Positions 38,895 through 52,111 of a stretch of 64,000 nucleotides of DNA are shown here, piece after piece. The stretch covers positions 29,884,001 through 29,948,000 of the forward strand of contig NC_042999.1 of assembly GCF_006345805.1 (NCBI RefSeq), given 5' to 3'. This stretch comes from Octopus sinensis (taxonomy: Eukaryota). The notes under the pieces were generated by a model. The model was not told the origin of the DNA. It did no database searches and saw nothing but the letters and a program-made list of their open reading frames with translations. A program made the position numbers and the translations under genes. How positions within the stretch are numbered: the first letter of the stretch is position 1; each line of letters begins with the position of its first letter.

Positions 38895-39310
38895 CACTCA
38901 CTAAGCAACAGCAGCCATAAACCGAAAAGAAGAACATGTCAACATCATCGGTAACTACTGAGCGGCAGATTTTATGTCGGAGTTATCCCAGTTACCTGAG
39001 CTACCTTCTCCTAGAAGGATGCCCTAACAAAGGCTAAGAGTCCTTCACTCCCAATGGTTCAACCGCGCTATAGGGTTTTCAGTCCGATTATTTCTATGTC
39101 TCCGCGCATGACATTTATTGGATGGGTGTTGACTCTCAAGCGTTCCTCCACCCTTTGACGGGTTTTGTTTGTCATCTCGCAGGGTGTCCAATAAACACCC
39201 CCCGCACCAAGCAAGCTTGGTGGGATTGCCGGTTTAGTTGCCGACGACCCGATCATGCAACAGGTTGTACTGGGTTACATATTACCGGTAGCACTCTAAA
39301 GTGACCTGAC

Positions 39311-39312
<2 letters not shown>
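38895..39312 (-). repeat. About 420-bp dispersed repeat, copy B (inverted relative to copy A)
   Basis: See copy A; diverged with indels; outer end abuts (TA)n. Confidence 0.8.
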
Positions 39313-39366
<54 letters not shown>

Positions 39367-39380
39367 TACATACATACATG

Positions 39381-39440
<60 letters not shown>

Positions 39441-39486
39441 TATATACATACATATATACATATTTAAATATGTATATGTAAGTATG

Positions 39487-40058
39487 TATAGAGAACTCAA
39501 GGCGATCCAACGAAGCTACACGAAGATAGCCTCTGTGCAGCATATAAGCTACTGGGAAAGACTCAAAAGATTAAGACTCTATTCCTTAGAGCGTAGGCGA
39601 GAATGATATGCCATAATATACATCTGGAAGATCCTAGAAGGACTTGTCCCAAACTTTAACATTGATAGTTACACAAATGCTAGAACTGGGTGCCACTGCA
39701 TGGTGCCAAGGACTCCAAATTTGCCATCAAGATGTAGGACAAGATACTGTGATAGCCTGGGCTTCAGAGGCCCACAGCTCTTCAATATCCTCCCGAAGAA
39801 CCTGAGAGACCTGCATGGGGTGGATGCAGATGTCTTTAAAATAAAACTGGATCTCTTCCTGTCAGGTGTCCCAGATGAACCAACTTCACAGCAGGAGGTG
39901 CAGATGAGGGCAGATGCATCGAACGCTCTCATGCAGCAGATGGCAATTGCTAAGAACATTTGTGAAGTAAAATCATGTAACAACACCAAATGGCGGTGCC
40001 CCAGCATGGCCACAGCTCGTGAGCTGAAACTAGATAACATAAAATAAAATGAAATGAA

Positions 40059-40060
<2 letters not shown>
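39487..40060 (+). mobile_element. 5'-truncated CR1/L2-group LINE 3' end
   Basis: Translation [35 protein letters not shown]...GPQLFNILPKNLR...FKIKLDLFLSGVPDEP; 3' stem-loop cagct-cgtg-agctg; AAAAT/AAATG tail. Confidence 0.8.
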
Positions 40061-40100
<40 letters not shown>

Positions 40101-40574
40101 ATACACGTATATGTATATATGCATATATCTGGGCCTGATAAGGAGGAGACAACTACTCTGAAATTTCAACATCTATCAAAAGAGACATAGATAGACAGTC
40201 AGGCAGACAGACAGACAGACAGACAGACGGACAGACAGACGATAGATAGATAGATAGATACATACATACATACATAGATAGATACAACTGTATTACTACT
40301 TTAATATGTTGAAAAGTTTATTGGTGATATAATTTTCATGTCACGTAAGAGTGTAGTTAGAGGAGTCTCATATTTCCTTTGGCTGAGTGATAGTAGAAAT
40401 ACGTGAGAAAACCTAGAAGATTGTAAGATGATCGTCTCGTTTAAAATACAGTAAGAGGCAGAAACGATTTTCTATGGTACGAGAAAATATTAAACATAGC
40501 ACATATTTTTTTTAACTTTAAGAAGCGCAGATGCATATCTGGAGTTCTCAGCAACTATCGTCTCCGATCTTAAT

Positions 40575-40635
<61 letters not shown>

Positions 40636-40636
<1 letters not shown>

Positions 40637-40766
40637 GAGATCCTGTTTTATTTTAAAGACATCTGCATCCACCCCATGCAGGTCTCTCAGGTTCTTCGGG
40701 AGGATATTGAAGAGCTGTGGACCTCTGAAGCCCAGGCTATCACAGTATCTTGTCCTACATCTTGAT
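40636..40766 (-). mobile_element. Inverted 131-bp fragment of the same LINE
   Basis: 129/131 identical to the reverse complement of 39726-39856. Confidence 0.9.
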
Positions 40767-41024
40767 ACAGTTCTAGTCCTGTTGAAGCTCCTTCTATAAA
40801 ATACATATATATACATATATATATATACATAATATATATATTATATATATACATATACATATATATATATATATATCTATATATATATATATATATATCT
40901 ATATATATATATATATATATATATCAGTAATAATATAGGGTGAAATTAATAAATTTAGAAAAATCATTAATTTCACCATGTAGATTTCGGCATGTAAAAG
41001 CCCCATTTGAGGAAGGTTTAAGTA

Positions 41025-41435
41025 ATACTAAGTAATTAAGGGTTTAGCAACGATTTGCCTCACCACACACCGAATTTAGAACTAGCAGTCAAACAGTTAT
41101 AGCTATTCCTTTCTACTAAAAGGGAGATCTCAGTAAAACCACAGCACTTGAAAGGCAAACACAGACAGGCAAGAGAGAAAGAAAATGACGACAATCGATC
41201 ATACAATAAAAAGTCACCTACGGACGTACGTTTCGAAATCAAGTTTTAGGAAAGCATAAGAATTAGATAATCCTGTCTTACCCAACTTCTTTTCTCATCA
41301 GCGTAGGATACTACAATTATGAATAATTGTATATTAAATTTCGCGGTACTAGAAGACATCATCTAAACTGATAGTATCAGAGCGAGCCGAAGTGTGTTGA
41401 GGCAATTCGTTGCTAAACCCTTAATTACTTAGTAT
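41025..41435. mobile_element. 411-bp mini-element with 44-bp terminal inverted repeats enclosing an HHR; probable PLE pLTR derivative
   Basis: 41025-41068 vs 41392-41435 are reverse complements with 2 mismatches; right end abuts (TA)n. Confidence 0.75.
41217..41307 (-). ncRNA. Canonical type I hammerhead ribozyme
   Basis: Minus strand: cctacg | ctgatga | gaaa...tttc (extendable by aagtt/aactt) | gaaa cgtacg tc | cgtagg: all core nucleotides canonical, G10.1-C11.1, palindromic ACGUACGU stem III, GUC triplet (cut between 41223 and 41222). Confidence 0.88.
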
Positions 41436-41440
41436 ATATA

Positions 41441-41528
<88 letters not shown>

Positions 41529-43140
41529 GTGTGTGTGTGTGCGTTTCTTTTTGTGCGTGCTTTTCTGTAAAATTAGCTCATGCAATCTATTCATAAGGTA
41601 ACGTTGTCCATAAATTCTGTATTGCATGATTAATTTATTAATGCACTTACCGTACATTATTTTTGTTTAATAATAGAGGCAATATTAAGACTCATTTAAC
41701 TTATGCAAGCTACAATCATATTAGGATAGTTAAGTTCTAGTTCATATAAGTACATGGTGGCGAGTGTCTACAGGGTATATTTATGGAGAGGCCCCTTGAA
41801 AAACCACCTGACGACACTCACATACACAAGAACCAGTTCTTCAGAATCCAACATGCATCAATGCAACTGGGTCGAAACGATCGTTGTGAACAAAGATTTT
41901 CTTATACTTTCTATATTCCATCTCTATCATGAAAATATGTGTTTGTGTGCTTACATTAAACTGAAACATTATGCAATACCTGTTTTGTAATGGTGTTATT
42001 TAAAATTCTTCAACAAGTAAACTATTGACTGTTAGTTCGAACTGTTACCTATATCGGACAGCCCGATGATTGCGTAACACGTTCAGTGGTTCAATTGTGG
42101 CACATTGCATCACGCTTTTCTGTCATAAGCATTTAATTGTCTCTTGCATACCGTAAAATTATTCATATATGCATATGTCATTCAGAAATATATATAATTC
42201 AGAAATGATAATTTGTAAGTAAAGAAAGATATCCAAAAAATAAACCAAGGATCTGGATATGTAAGAGAGAATAGAAGGGAGACAACAAAACAGAATTCTA
42301 CAATTTCTAGTGAATTGAATGTTAACCAGACATAAAATAATAGAATATTGATAAGCGTTAAAACAAAACAGTTTTAACATTGCTGTGAGAAGTTTATTTT
42401 TATTATTTCTTATCTAAATACCACTAGAGAAATATTGCATTGCATTATTTTGTTTTCTGAGACGTAATCATTATGGCTTCATTAAAAACATGTCACGCCT
42501 TCGGTTTCCTTGTAGCCATTTCATTGATGATAACCTTTATTGTTTAGTTGCCATCGTTCGTCCTTTTAAATCATAATATTGATTTGTTTTGGCATTTGTT
42601 GCAATGCCACTACTAGTTCCATCTTCAGAAACCATATTAAGCTACTTCTAAAAACCTTATTTGTTAGAGGTATAATAAATTAACAACGTTTGACATTATG
42701 TTTAAAATTAGATTTTAATTAAAAAATTCTTCATAATAAATGCTAAATTTTCTAACGAACTAACTCTAAAAAGCCGATGAAGCGAACAGAACATTTCTAA
42801 AATATTATACCGTAGCGCTTATTTATATTTCATTGTATTAATTTTACGTTGTTTTTCTGTTCAGAAAATAATTGTTTCAATTTTTTTCTTTTCTTTTATT
42901 TTATCTTCTTTTGCTTTTCTTTTATTTCATTTTTTCTTCAGAGTTACTTTCATATTGCTTTCCTCTCTCTTGATTAAATTAATTTTTGGTTTCTTGTTTT
43001 ATCAGGTTTCATGAACACAAAGAACATTGCAATATTAAAATATATTACGTTTTAGTATCAGTTGTTGTTGCTGTTGTTGTTATCAGATTTCTTTTTTCTT
43101 ATACTTTATTCAGGTTTTTCTCAGTGTCTTTATTAATTCG

Positions 43141-43141
43141 G

Positions 43142-43183
<42 letters not shown>

Positions 43184-43186
43184 GTG

Positions 43187-43240
<54 letters not shown>

Positions 43241-43258
43241 GTAATAATAATAATAATT

Positions 43259-43329
<71 letters not shown>

Positions 43330-43330
43330 T
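43141..43330. repeat. (ATA)n-(GTA)n trinucleotide microsatellite
   Basis: Read directly. Confidence 0.95.
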
Positions 43331-45154
43331 CTATTACTATTTTTATCAGCAATATCTTCGATTTTAAATAGTTTTTTTTTTGTGTATCGTCGATAGAATC
43401 AACCCCAGAATATTACTTGTATATTTCCACGTATTCTTGAAGGATTTTCATATACATATCGCATAAGAAATTTTCGACTCGAAGCATAATATAACATAAC
43501 ATTAATTACGAGAAGTGTTATCTCCGGCACAGTTTCTTCAGCTCAATTGCGTTTCATTCAATAATAGTAATAACGAAAATGATTTCGTACATAAAACCAT
43601 GTTCACAAATATGGAATGGAGGGGAGGGTTGCCTTCTATCGAGCCCTTCACTTGAAAAGTGCTTTAGATTATCACAAATTTTAAGACAACATTGCGGAGC
43701 ATCAGAGAATTACATAAAATAAGGGCGCCAAAAGAAATAATATAATAACGATTAATTCAGAAATGTAACTTGCTGTAGTACTATTTGCTCAGAAATAAAT
43801 ATATTAATTTTCATTGATCGCAAAGCATTCCAATTGAAATTGGAAAAATAGATATTCGACCAACGTCGAAATGTCGGTTAAGTTTTATCATAATCAAAAA
43901 TGGAGAAATATATATTCTCTTTGTCGATGAATATATTTAATTAGTTACAATTCATATTACATCTGAAAGGGCTTCGGTTTTTGAGAAAAATAAGCAGAAA
44001 ATGCTGAATTGTTTTATGCAGTAAGGAAATAAGTAGAAATTTTTACTTTATTTATCTATGAATTAGATACACTTTGGTGTTTATTACATACATTCAAACA
44101 TATGTACGTATATATGTATGGGTGTATATGTGTATCTATATCTAAGAGAGAGAAGTACATACATACGCACATGCGTACATAGTTTTTCACCGAGCAGTGA
44201 ACGGTCTATCAGTGCCTTTTTGGCAATGCAAATACTTCATGGTTAGGACAATGTTTTTTTTAAATCCTTCTGAATGACCTTTTGTTGTACTCAGTATTTA
44301 CAATAATAGGTCACATCATAACTTTATATTTGGTTGAAAAACGAAAACGAATTTTGAATTTTTGACCGGAGAAAGTATTCGCATGTGATGGACCTATGAT
44401 CAATGAATGCCATAAATTGCGCGGAAAGGGAAATAGATTGCATACTGAACAGGATTAGGATAATGAATAGAATGACTCAGCAAGGTCATGGATTTTGTCC
44501 ATACATTTCTACGCTGGTTGTACACGCTTCCCTTCTGCCGAGGATGGATTAGCTTACCAATTTATAGGGCAAATTACCAGAGAGGTACGCTTAACTCAAG
44601 CTGGATGTTTATGTAACATGTAAGCATGAAAGTAGTAACACCATTGACCGAAGTATCTGTCCTACTTGAACTCGCGATATTTACGTCACCTCTCACACAA
44701 TTGTTACTCTTTTGTTACCAGAAAAAGTTAGGTATCTACAAAATACCTGATCAATATTTAAGATAAGGCTTCAAACAGACGTCCTTATTGTGAAAGGAAA
44801 TGAAGAATGTCCCCTGGTATTGTAGTTATAAAGCACATGTATTACTTTCGAACATTTTCTCTAAGATCAATCCATCCTATAAGACATTATCCTCACTCTA
44901 AAATTATCAACAACGCTACACGTAGGAAGTATTGTTCTAGAGGCCACAACAAAAAAGAAAAAGAAAACATGAGCGACAATGCATTTTCTCATTTAAAACA
45001 AAGAAACATATGTTTCGAACATTAACGACACAAACAACCACGAAAGTATCAAATACTCCCTGAATTTAGAGTACTATGAAACCTGCTGCATTATCTAAAA
45101 ATTTTACTCTAATCTCACCTTGAATATCTTTATAATTATATACTGGCTTAATTC

Positions 45155-45327
45155 GACGAGCTGGGAGAACCGGCAACAGTCCGGATGAAATGCTTACTGG
45201 TATTTCTTTTGCCACTACGTTCTGAGTTCAAATTGCGCCAAGGATGACTTTACCATTCATCCTTTTAGGGTCGATGTAACCGACTTAATCCGCTGCCCCT
45301 GTGGGAAATATTTGAAATCATTATTAT
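45155..45327 (+). mobile_element. Decayed, internally deleted SINE (family of 16996-17610)
   Basis: gagctgggagaacc...gaaatgctta.tggtatttc...gagttcaaatt...catccttttagggtcgat...gacttaatcc. Confidence 0.7.
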
Positions 45328-46297
45328 ATACTAAAATCCACAATCCGTACTTACTATTCAGCTGGTTCCTGCGGAGAGCTATTTGGGCCTGCGGCCCAAA
45401 ACTACAGACCTATAAATAGAATAGCATGACAACAGGTGAAGGACAGGTAATAATTCATTCTGCGATGCAATACTTCTATTGTTCCAGTCCCAAGTTCATT
45501 TCCATGTTAGACAATTTCTACAAAAGTTCTTATCTCCACATAAAATTAACTTAGTGAATGTCATTTATCTTCCTCTTGATGTTTAGCGTCATATGCTAAA
45601 CGCCAACCAAAATTGCGTTTCTCAACCAAGATTTATCTGCAAGAAATAGCAACTCAAATGCCTTCAAATCAGCTCCCAATTCTGGATGACTAAGTGAAAA
45701 TATAGGGCAGCCTTTCAATCTCAGCTATAATATGTCTACGTAGAGTAAATATATCTGGCAAAAACAATCATCTAAATCTGAATATTAGTTAATCCAGATC
45801 ACTTGTAATCTATAAAATAAATGAAGTACTAATGAAACATAATTGATAATGCTATCCATCTATATTAAAGGTTTCAAGTTATCAAAATTGTTCAGTTTTG
45901 ACAATACTAAATATAGCTAAGATAGTGTAAAAAGCCATAATGTTAGAGAAGGTGTAATTTTTTAATGTACATTAATGATTAAATACATTTCTGCTGTAAA
46001 AAAAAAAAACGAAATACATTAACCTTGAGAATTCTTTTAACTTCTACTTCTTACTGAGAAGTTTAACATACGTTTAGGGAAATCAATCAAATTATTTTGG
46101 ATATATAGTATATAATCTAAATTATCAAGGCTATTTGGATTACTGAACGAAAGATATTTCAATTACTGATATAGGGTTTATAATCATTATGTAATTTTAC
46201 GCGTAATTATTTAAAGAAGGCTTTTGCAATTTCATGACAATTTCAGCAATATTGGCTCCAAATATGTACATTATACGTACACACATTCATACGCACT

Positions 46298-46328
<31 letters not shown>

Positions 46329-48362
46329 ACACACATACACACACTCACTCACACACGCACATACACACATACACAGAAACATGCAAACACATATATACGT
46401 TGAATTAAGTACTTAGAGTGAGGCACCGTGACGTCTAGCAATTTCTCTCTATATACCAATATCATTATAATATTAACCTTCTTTTGCTTTATTTATTTCC
46501 TTTTTTATATCACTTTTATAACTTTTATATCATTCTGTAGAAGATTTTTTTATAAAATTTTATATTTTATATTCTTAAATTTTTATGTATTTATATATCC
46601 TTTAATGCACTTGTGTAGCTTCGAACGGTTTGCAATGGTTTGGCAGTTTATAATACCTTTTCATGAAACTCACTGATTAATATAATATATTTTCATATTT
46701 GCAATTACACATTATATTTTATAAATGTTTATATTTTATATTTTATATCTTTACACATTCATGTTTCGTTTCATATACTTTGAGGTATTTTTTATTTATA
46801 AAACATTGTTAAAAATTGAAAGTATGTAAATTTTCTATATAATTCACTGGATATATAAATCCTTATTTCATTATATATTTCAATCTTGTATTATATTCAT
46901 TAAGTATATATATACTCACATTTCTTTAATTATTGTATCTCAAACTACTCCTTTATACATTTGGTATATCCCTAATTTAATTAACCCATATATTGGGTAA
47001 CGTTTCTTATATCTTTTATTTATCCACTCGTCATGAAGTGAAATGTTCTGATATTAGTTTAACGTATACTGTAAATTCCTGTTCATAAGATAATTTAATT
47101 CCGCTATACATTCATTGTGTAAATTTTTATCGTTCAAGACAAGAAAATACACTGTTGAAGAAAAGATTTTATATTATTCGCTATATATTAAAGTATCCCA
47201 TTATTAGTTTTTAGATATAATTTATAGCCGTCTTCTAAAAACTGATTTAAACTTTTCTGACTTTGGCATTACAAATTTTCTAAGTTATAACATACTACTT
47301 CACTTATTCGCTGATTATGAATTCCACCAATAAACTTTATATTACTTATCCCTTGGGTTTTTCTTTATATTCCCCTTCAATATGATAAACAAAAGTATTG
47401 ACCATTTTTATCCTTATTTCCTCACATTTCCATCGCTTCCCCATTAGGCATTCACTTTTGTGTAGATAAAGCTGGATATAGGGTTCCAGTACATTGAAAA
47501 TTTTGTAGATTGTCTGGCAATACTTGATTTATCAGCATTGACAAGAATACGGCTGACAATACCCACTGGGTTTGCTTCTAAATAATTGGAGACGCTTTCT
47601 ACATATTGTCTTCCATCTGTAAGTAACTAGGTCGCCACTCTTTTTATCCGGATTCGAAATATTTCCTCTGCTACTTTCTGAACTCTAGTAGAACTGACAA
47701 TGTATGCATTACATTGTAAACTCATTCTGTCAGAGATATAGCAAGGGAAGCAATGTAAGTTATTTGAGTCCTATCATTGATGTGAATATGTTAAAGCAGT
47801 GGCGGTATCATTTATGTCTGGGGTCTATGCAGTCTTCTGACGTGAACGGCTTCTTTCAAATGATGTAATGTTTTCATTAATAAATTAAAGGGGTCGCTTG
47901 AAATGGCCGTAATTTACACTAGTATATCTCCGTAGCACATTTATAGACGGCCATACACAAACACACACAGAATCACACATACACACACAAATATAGGATA
48001 ACTCTGTTAATTTAGAGCAGTTTAGAATTCTCATAAATAATAGCAAAATACGACAAAGTTTCAACAATACACCTACTGGATCTAGCGGCCATACACATCT
48101 AAATAATTACAATGATGTAAACCACAATGGAAAGCACCAATCATGGCCAAATTATAATAGTAGAAATATTTATGATACTGCTAACACGGTAACAATACCG
48201 GTAAATGGAGTCGAGACTACCTTATATACAAATAAATACGATAAATATTTATGCAGTGAAACATCAAAATGTCCATTGATTAATCTCTGTATGAATACAA
48301 ATCTTGTATATAAATGTACTGTGTGCACAATGGGAGGGCCATATGTGTACAATGTCTAGGCG

Positions 48363-48641
48363 GCTGATTCATTTAAGACTCGTTATCGTAACAAGGTCGC
48401 CAGCTTTAAGCCGATCAAGAGGAGACATTCAACATATTTCGCCGATATTGTATGGCAAGCAAAGGAGGATGAAATGAAGCACAACTTGAAGTTGTGTATA
48501 GTAAGGCACGTGAAAACATACAATGTATTTTCCAGAAGATGACATTGCAGCTCCGAAGAATCCCTATCTATTCCGTTGACTCATGAGAAGATCATTAATA
48601 GAATTTCTGAAAGAGTCTCGAGATGCCTTCACCCATATTAA
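48363..48641 (+). pseudogene. Decayed GIY-YIG endonuclease C-terminus of a PLE2-type element
   Basis: One frame: ADSFKTRYRNKVASFK...STYFADIVWQAK...YNVFSRR*HCSSEE...IINRISERVSRCLHPY*, collinear with the PLE2 endonuclease. Confidence 0.6.
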
Positions 48642-49302
48642 TGTACTTTCGCAAAATGAAATGCGAATAAATTTTGAGAAACTGTTAACATAATTTACTT
48701 AAAGGCATGGATGACTTAAGCTTACTTTTAACCCCATCTTATTCTTACAAATACCAAGTAGATAGTTAATTGGCTTTTTGATCATGAGTGCAGCAAACCT
48801 CACATGTGCATATGCTCACATTTTCGCCGATGCTGGTATGAACAAGTGTGCTCGCGTAATGCATCTTGCCCGAGGGCATTTATGCGTCCATGTTATTGAA
48901 CGGTAATTATTAATACTTTTCTCGCTGTATTTCGTGTTCGTTTCTCTTGTTACCGTATGTGATTTTATATTTGGTATCTTTAAATGACAATATTTCTTCC
49001 GCCTGGCTGATTTTCTTTCTACAAAACGAGAAGTTTTATTGCAGAACTGTTATTGTAAAAAGTTGTGTATATTTATTGCCCAATGATATGCATCTGCACT
49101 GCCAGACGCTTCTGAACCAATTGTTCTGTATCCCACCCATGAGGAATCGTTGGTAGATGTTTCGAAACATTTTTGATTAATAATCATTCTCGTATATCTC
49201 ATCTTCCGCCTTTCATTTGACATATACATACTTACATACATATGTACATACACACACACACGCACACACACACACACGCACGCATACATACACGCACACA
49301 CA

Positions 49303-49401
<99 letters not shown>

Positions 49402-49439
49402 AAACAAAATGAAATGAAAGAAGTTTTCACGGACGTCTG

Positions 49440-51170
49440 CAGCATACCGAGGAGCTATACGAGAAATAAAACGAGAACGAATAGAACTAGAAGTAACTAC
49501 ACCCCTTCAAAAAGTATGAACAAAACTCTAGATCATTTCTGTGAATACATCTCGAATTACCGATATCAACATATACACATATAAAAATACGAGCCAAACT
49601 TTAGTAAAAATCAATGGGCTGAACTCAACAATTTTAAAGACGATAGAAGTATAGCAATCAAAGAGGCTGAGAAAAGGAGTGCAGTAAAATGTATAACTGT
49701 GTACTATATAACTTTAGTAGTATCCATATTAGAAGAAACAACATATTATGAAAAGGTCCAACGCTATAGTCTGCATACAATAATGAGAAACCTAAAAACT
49801 ATTATAAACTTATACATAGAAGGGCTCACCGTCAAAGAATACGATTATATGACCAACTTCAAAAGTAAATCCAGTCAGTTCTACGGTATTGCGAAAATAA
49901 GTTACGCATGCAGGATAACCACAAATATAATATTCCATACTCCTAATGACCTCAAATTGAGACCTAGGATAGCAGGTCACGCATGCAAAACCCAATGCTT
50001 CAGTAACATTTTAGATACCCTCCTAAAAGCATTCCTGAAATATATCAAATCTACATACTTGATGTCCTTGATATGCTCTATCACCTCCCTTAAACAATAA
50101 GGAAAATCACCCTACTAGTATCCTTCGATGTTGCCAACCGCTATTCTACTAATCCCCCACAGCCTACGAATAGAGGCAATTCAGTTTTGGCTATAGAATT
50201 ACGCCAGTGAAATACTACATCGCATGAAAAATGAATGCGTAATAGAAGGTCTAAAATTCATCTCGGAGAATAACTACTATATCTTCAAAGAAAACTTCTA
50301 TCGACAAGAGTTAGGGATTGGAATGGGTACGGGAATGGCCCTTTGTCTGGTAGCATACTGATGCGATATCTAGAAATCAGTCTTTTTCGTAAGGTACTAG
50401 AACAATACGACAACCCATTATCCCTCTAGGTAGAAAATAATTGGAAGAGGTGTCTGGATGACCGTTTCATTCTTTGTCATGACAGTATAGAGAGATTAAA
50501 GCATTTCAAGCACTTCTAAATTGACTTGACGCAAACATTTGATTCACGATGGAATATAGTCATCAACAACTTCCTTTCCTCGACATACTCATTAAGAAAT
50601 TAGAAACAGATATGTGCTATAAGCCCACGGACACCAAGCAATATTTACCATTCAATCTACACCACCCCTGACACACGAGAATGAATATCTCTTTCAACCT
50701 AACAAAAGGGATGTATACTATAGCTTCTAATACAAGCACCAGGGACACACGATTACATAAACTAAAGAATTCACTCTTTACCTGGACTACCCAGTATCAC
50801 TAATCTATATATGCTTTCAACGTGCTCTACAACTCAGCATCCACAAACTCAGACATCCCAAATTAAAGGAGGACTTACAACCGAAAGCCAAGCTCTACTT
50901 TAAATATCCACACACAACACCATAAAAATGAATACTTCGGGACCATCCTCCAGAACAACCCCTACTAAAGAGGGACCACATAATTAATTTTCTCCTCCAA
51001 ACGCACACCATTAGAATAGAAAGAGTAAAAGACAGCCATAATTCAAACACAAGTAAAAGTAGGCTCGACAGCAACACTGAGCTCGTCATTTAAAAAATGC
51101 GGAAGACCTTCCTGTGGTATATTCGTCAACCTAATTGAGGGATCGGAGTTCTTAACATGGATGTCTAGGT
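49440..51170 (+). pseudogene. Decayed Neptune-like PLE (many stops and frameshifts)
   Basis: Remnant motifs IKEAEKRSAV, QFYGIAKIS, DLKLRPRIAG, LVSFDVA, GIGMGT, WKRCLDDRF, LPFLDILIKK, YKPTDTKQYLPFN, CGRPSCG. Confidence 0.8.
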
Positions 51171-51644
51171 GCTGAGAATTTTTACCTGCGGGGTTCTATT
51201 TGTATCCCAGTAAGGTTGAAATTGCGGCTCTGGTGCAGTGTTCTCCTTGTCTTTTTGTAACCGGGGGTGAATGAGACGAGACGATGCATAGATTAATCCT
51301 ATTAAAAGTTTTCTCTAGACTTAAATTTATACACATATATATCTTTATATATGAGGGGTGATGGCCGGCTCATGACTTTAAGGGTGTCACGTAAGGCCTG
51401 GTGCCCGAACTTCGGAGTTTGTTTTTTTTAACTGGTTAGAGAATCTAAAGGACCACTGCAGTAAGTGTATGAATTTGAGAAGGAAATATATCTAATAAAA
51501 CTACAATTAGTTGATCCTTGTCTACTTCATTTTACCCAAAACCAGGAAGCAACACACACACATATGTGTATATATATATATTCGGGTGGGGGAAACTTAT
51601 ATAGTAGAATCTGGTCATTTTCGCAGTGTGTACGTGCGATTAAT

Positions 51645-52111
51645 AAGACGAAGAACTGGCAGAGTCGTTAACACGCAGAGTGAAAGCTTCCCGGCATTTC
51701 ATCACTCACTCTCTCTACATTTTAGTGGAGGCGCAATGGCCCAGTGGTTAGGGCAGCGAACCCGCGGTCATTGGATCGCGGTTTCGATTCCCAGACCGGA
51801 CGTTGGGAGTGTTTATTGAGCGAAAACACCTAAAAGCTCCACGAGGCTCCGGCAGGGATGGTGGTGATCCCTGCTGTACTCTTTCACCACAACTTTCTCT
51901 CACTCTTACTCCCTGTTTCTGTTGTACCTGTGTTTCAAGGGGCCGGCCTTGTCACTCTCTCTGTCATGCTGAATATCCCCGAGAACTACGTTAACAGTAC
52001 ACGTTTCTGTGGAGTGTTCAGCCACTTACACGTTAATTTCACGAGCAGGCTGTTCCGTTGATTCGGATTAACCGGAACCCTCATCGTCGTAATCGACGGA
52101 GTGCTTCCACC
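51645..52111 (+). mobile_element. Composite SINE: head of family A fused to a full SINE of family B, flanked by a 13-bp TSD
   Basis: ACGTGCGATTAAT at 51632-51644 and 52112-52124; 51645-51726 resembles the 17610 head; 51727 onward has A-box tggcccagtgg and B-box ggtttcgattcc. Confidence 0.75.

Noticed and set aside
48540-48542. In-frame TGA at a conserved Cys position in the decayed GIY-YIG (possible selenocysteine, as reported for some Naiad PLEs)
   Set aside because: The neighbouring conserved Cys and His are also mutated, the fragment is decayed, no SECIS was recognised, and a single TGY-to-TGA change explains it.
51727-51800. tRNA gene
   Set aside because: A and B boxes are present, but I found no acceptor stem or proper cloverleaf and it continues into a SINE body; the same applies to the heads at 13120, 17610 and 28131.
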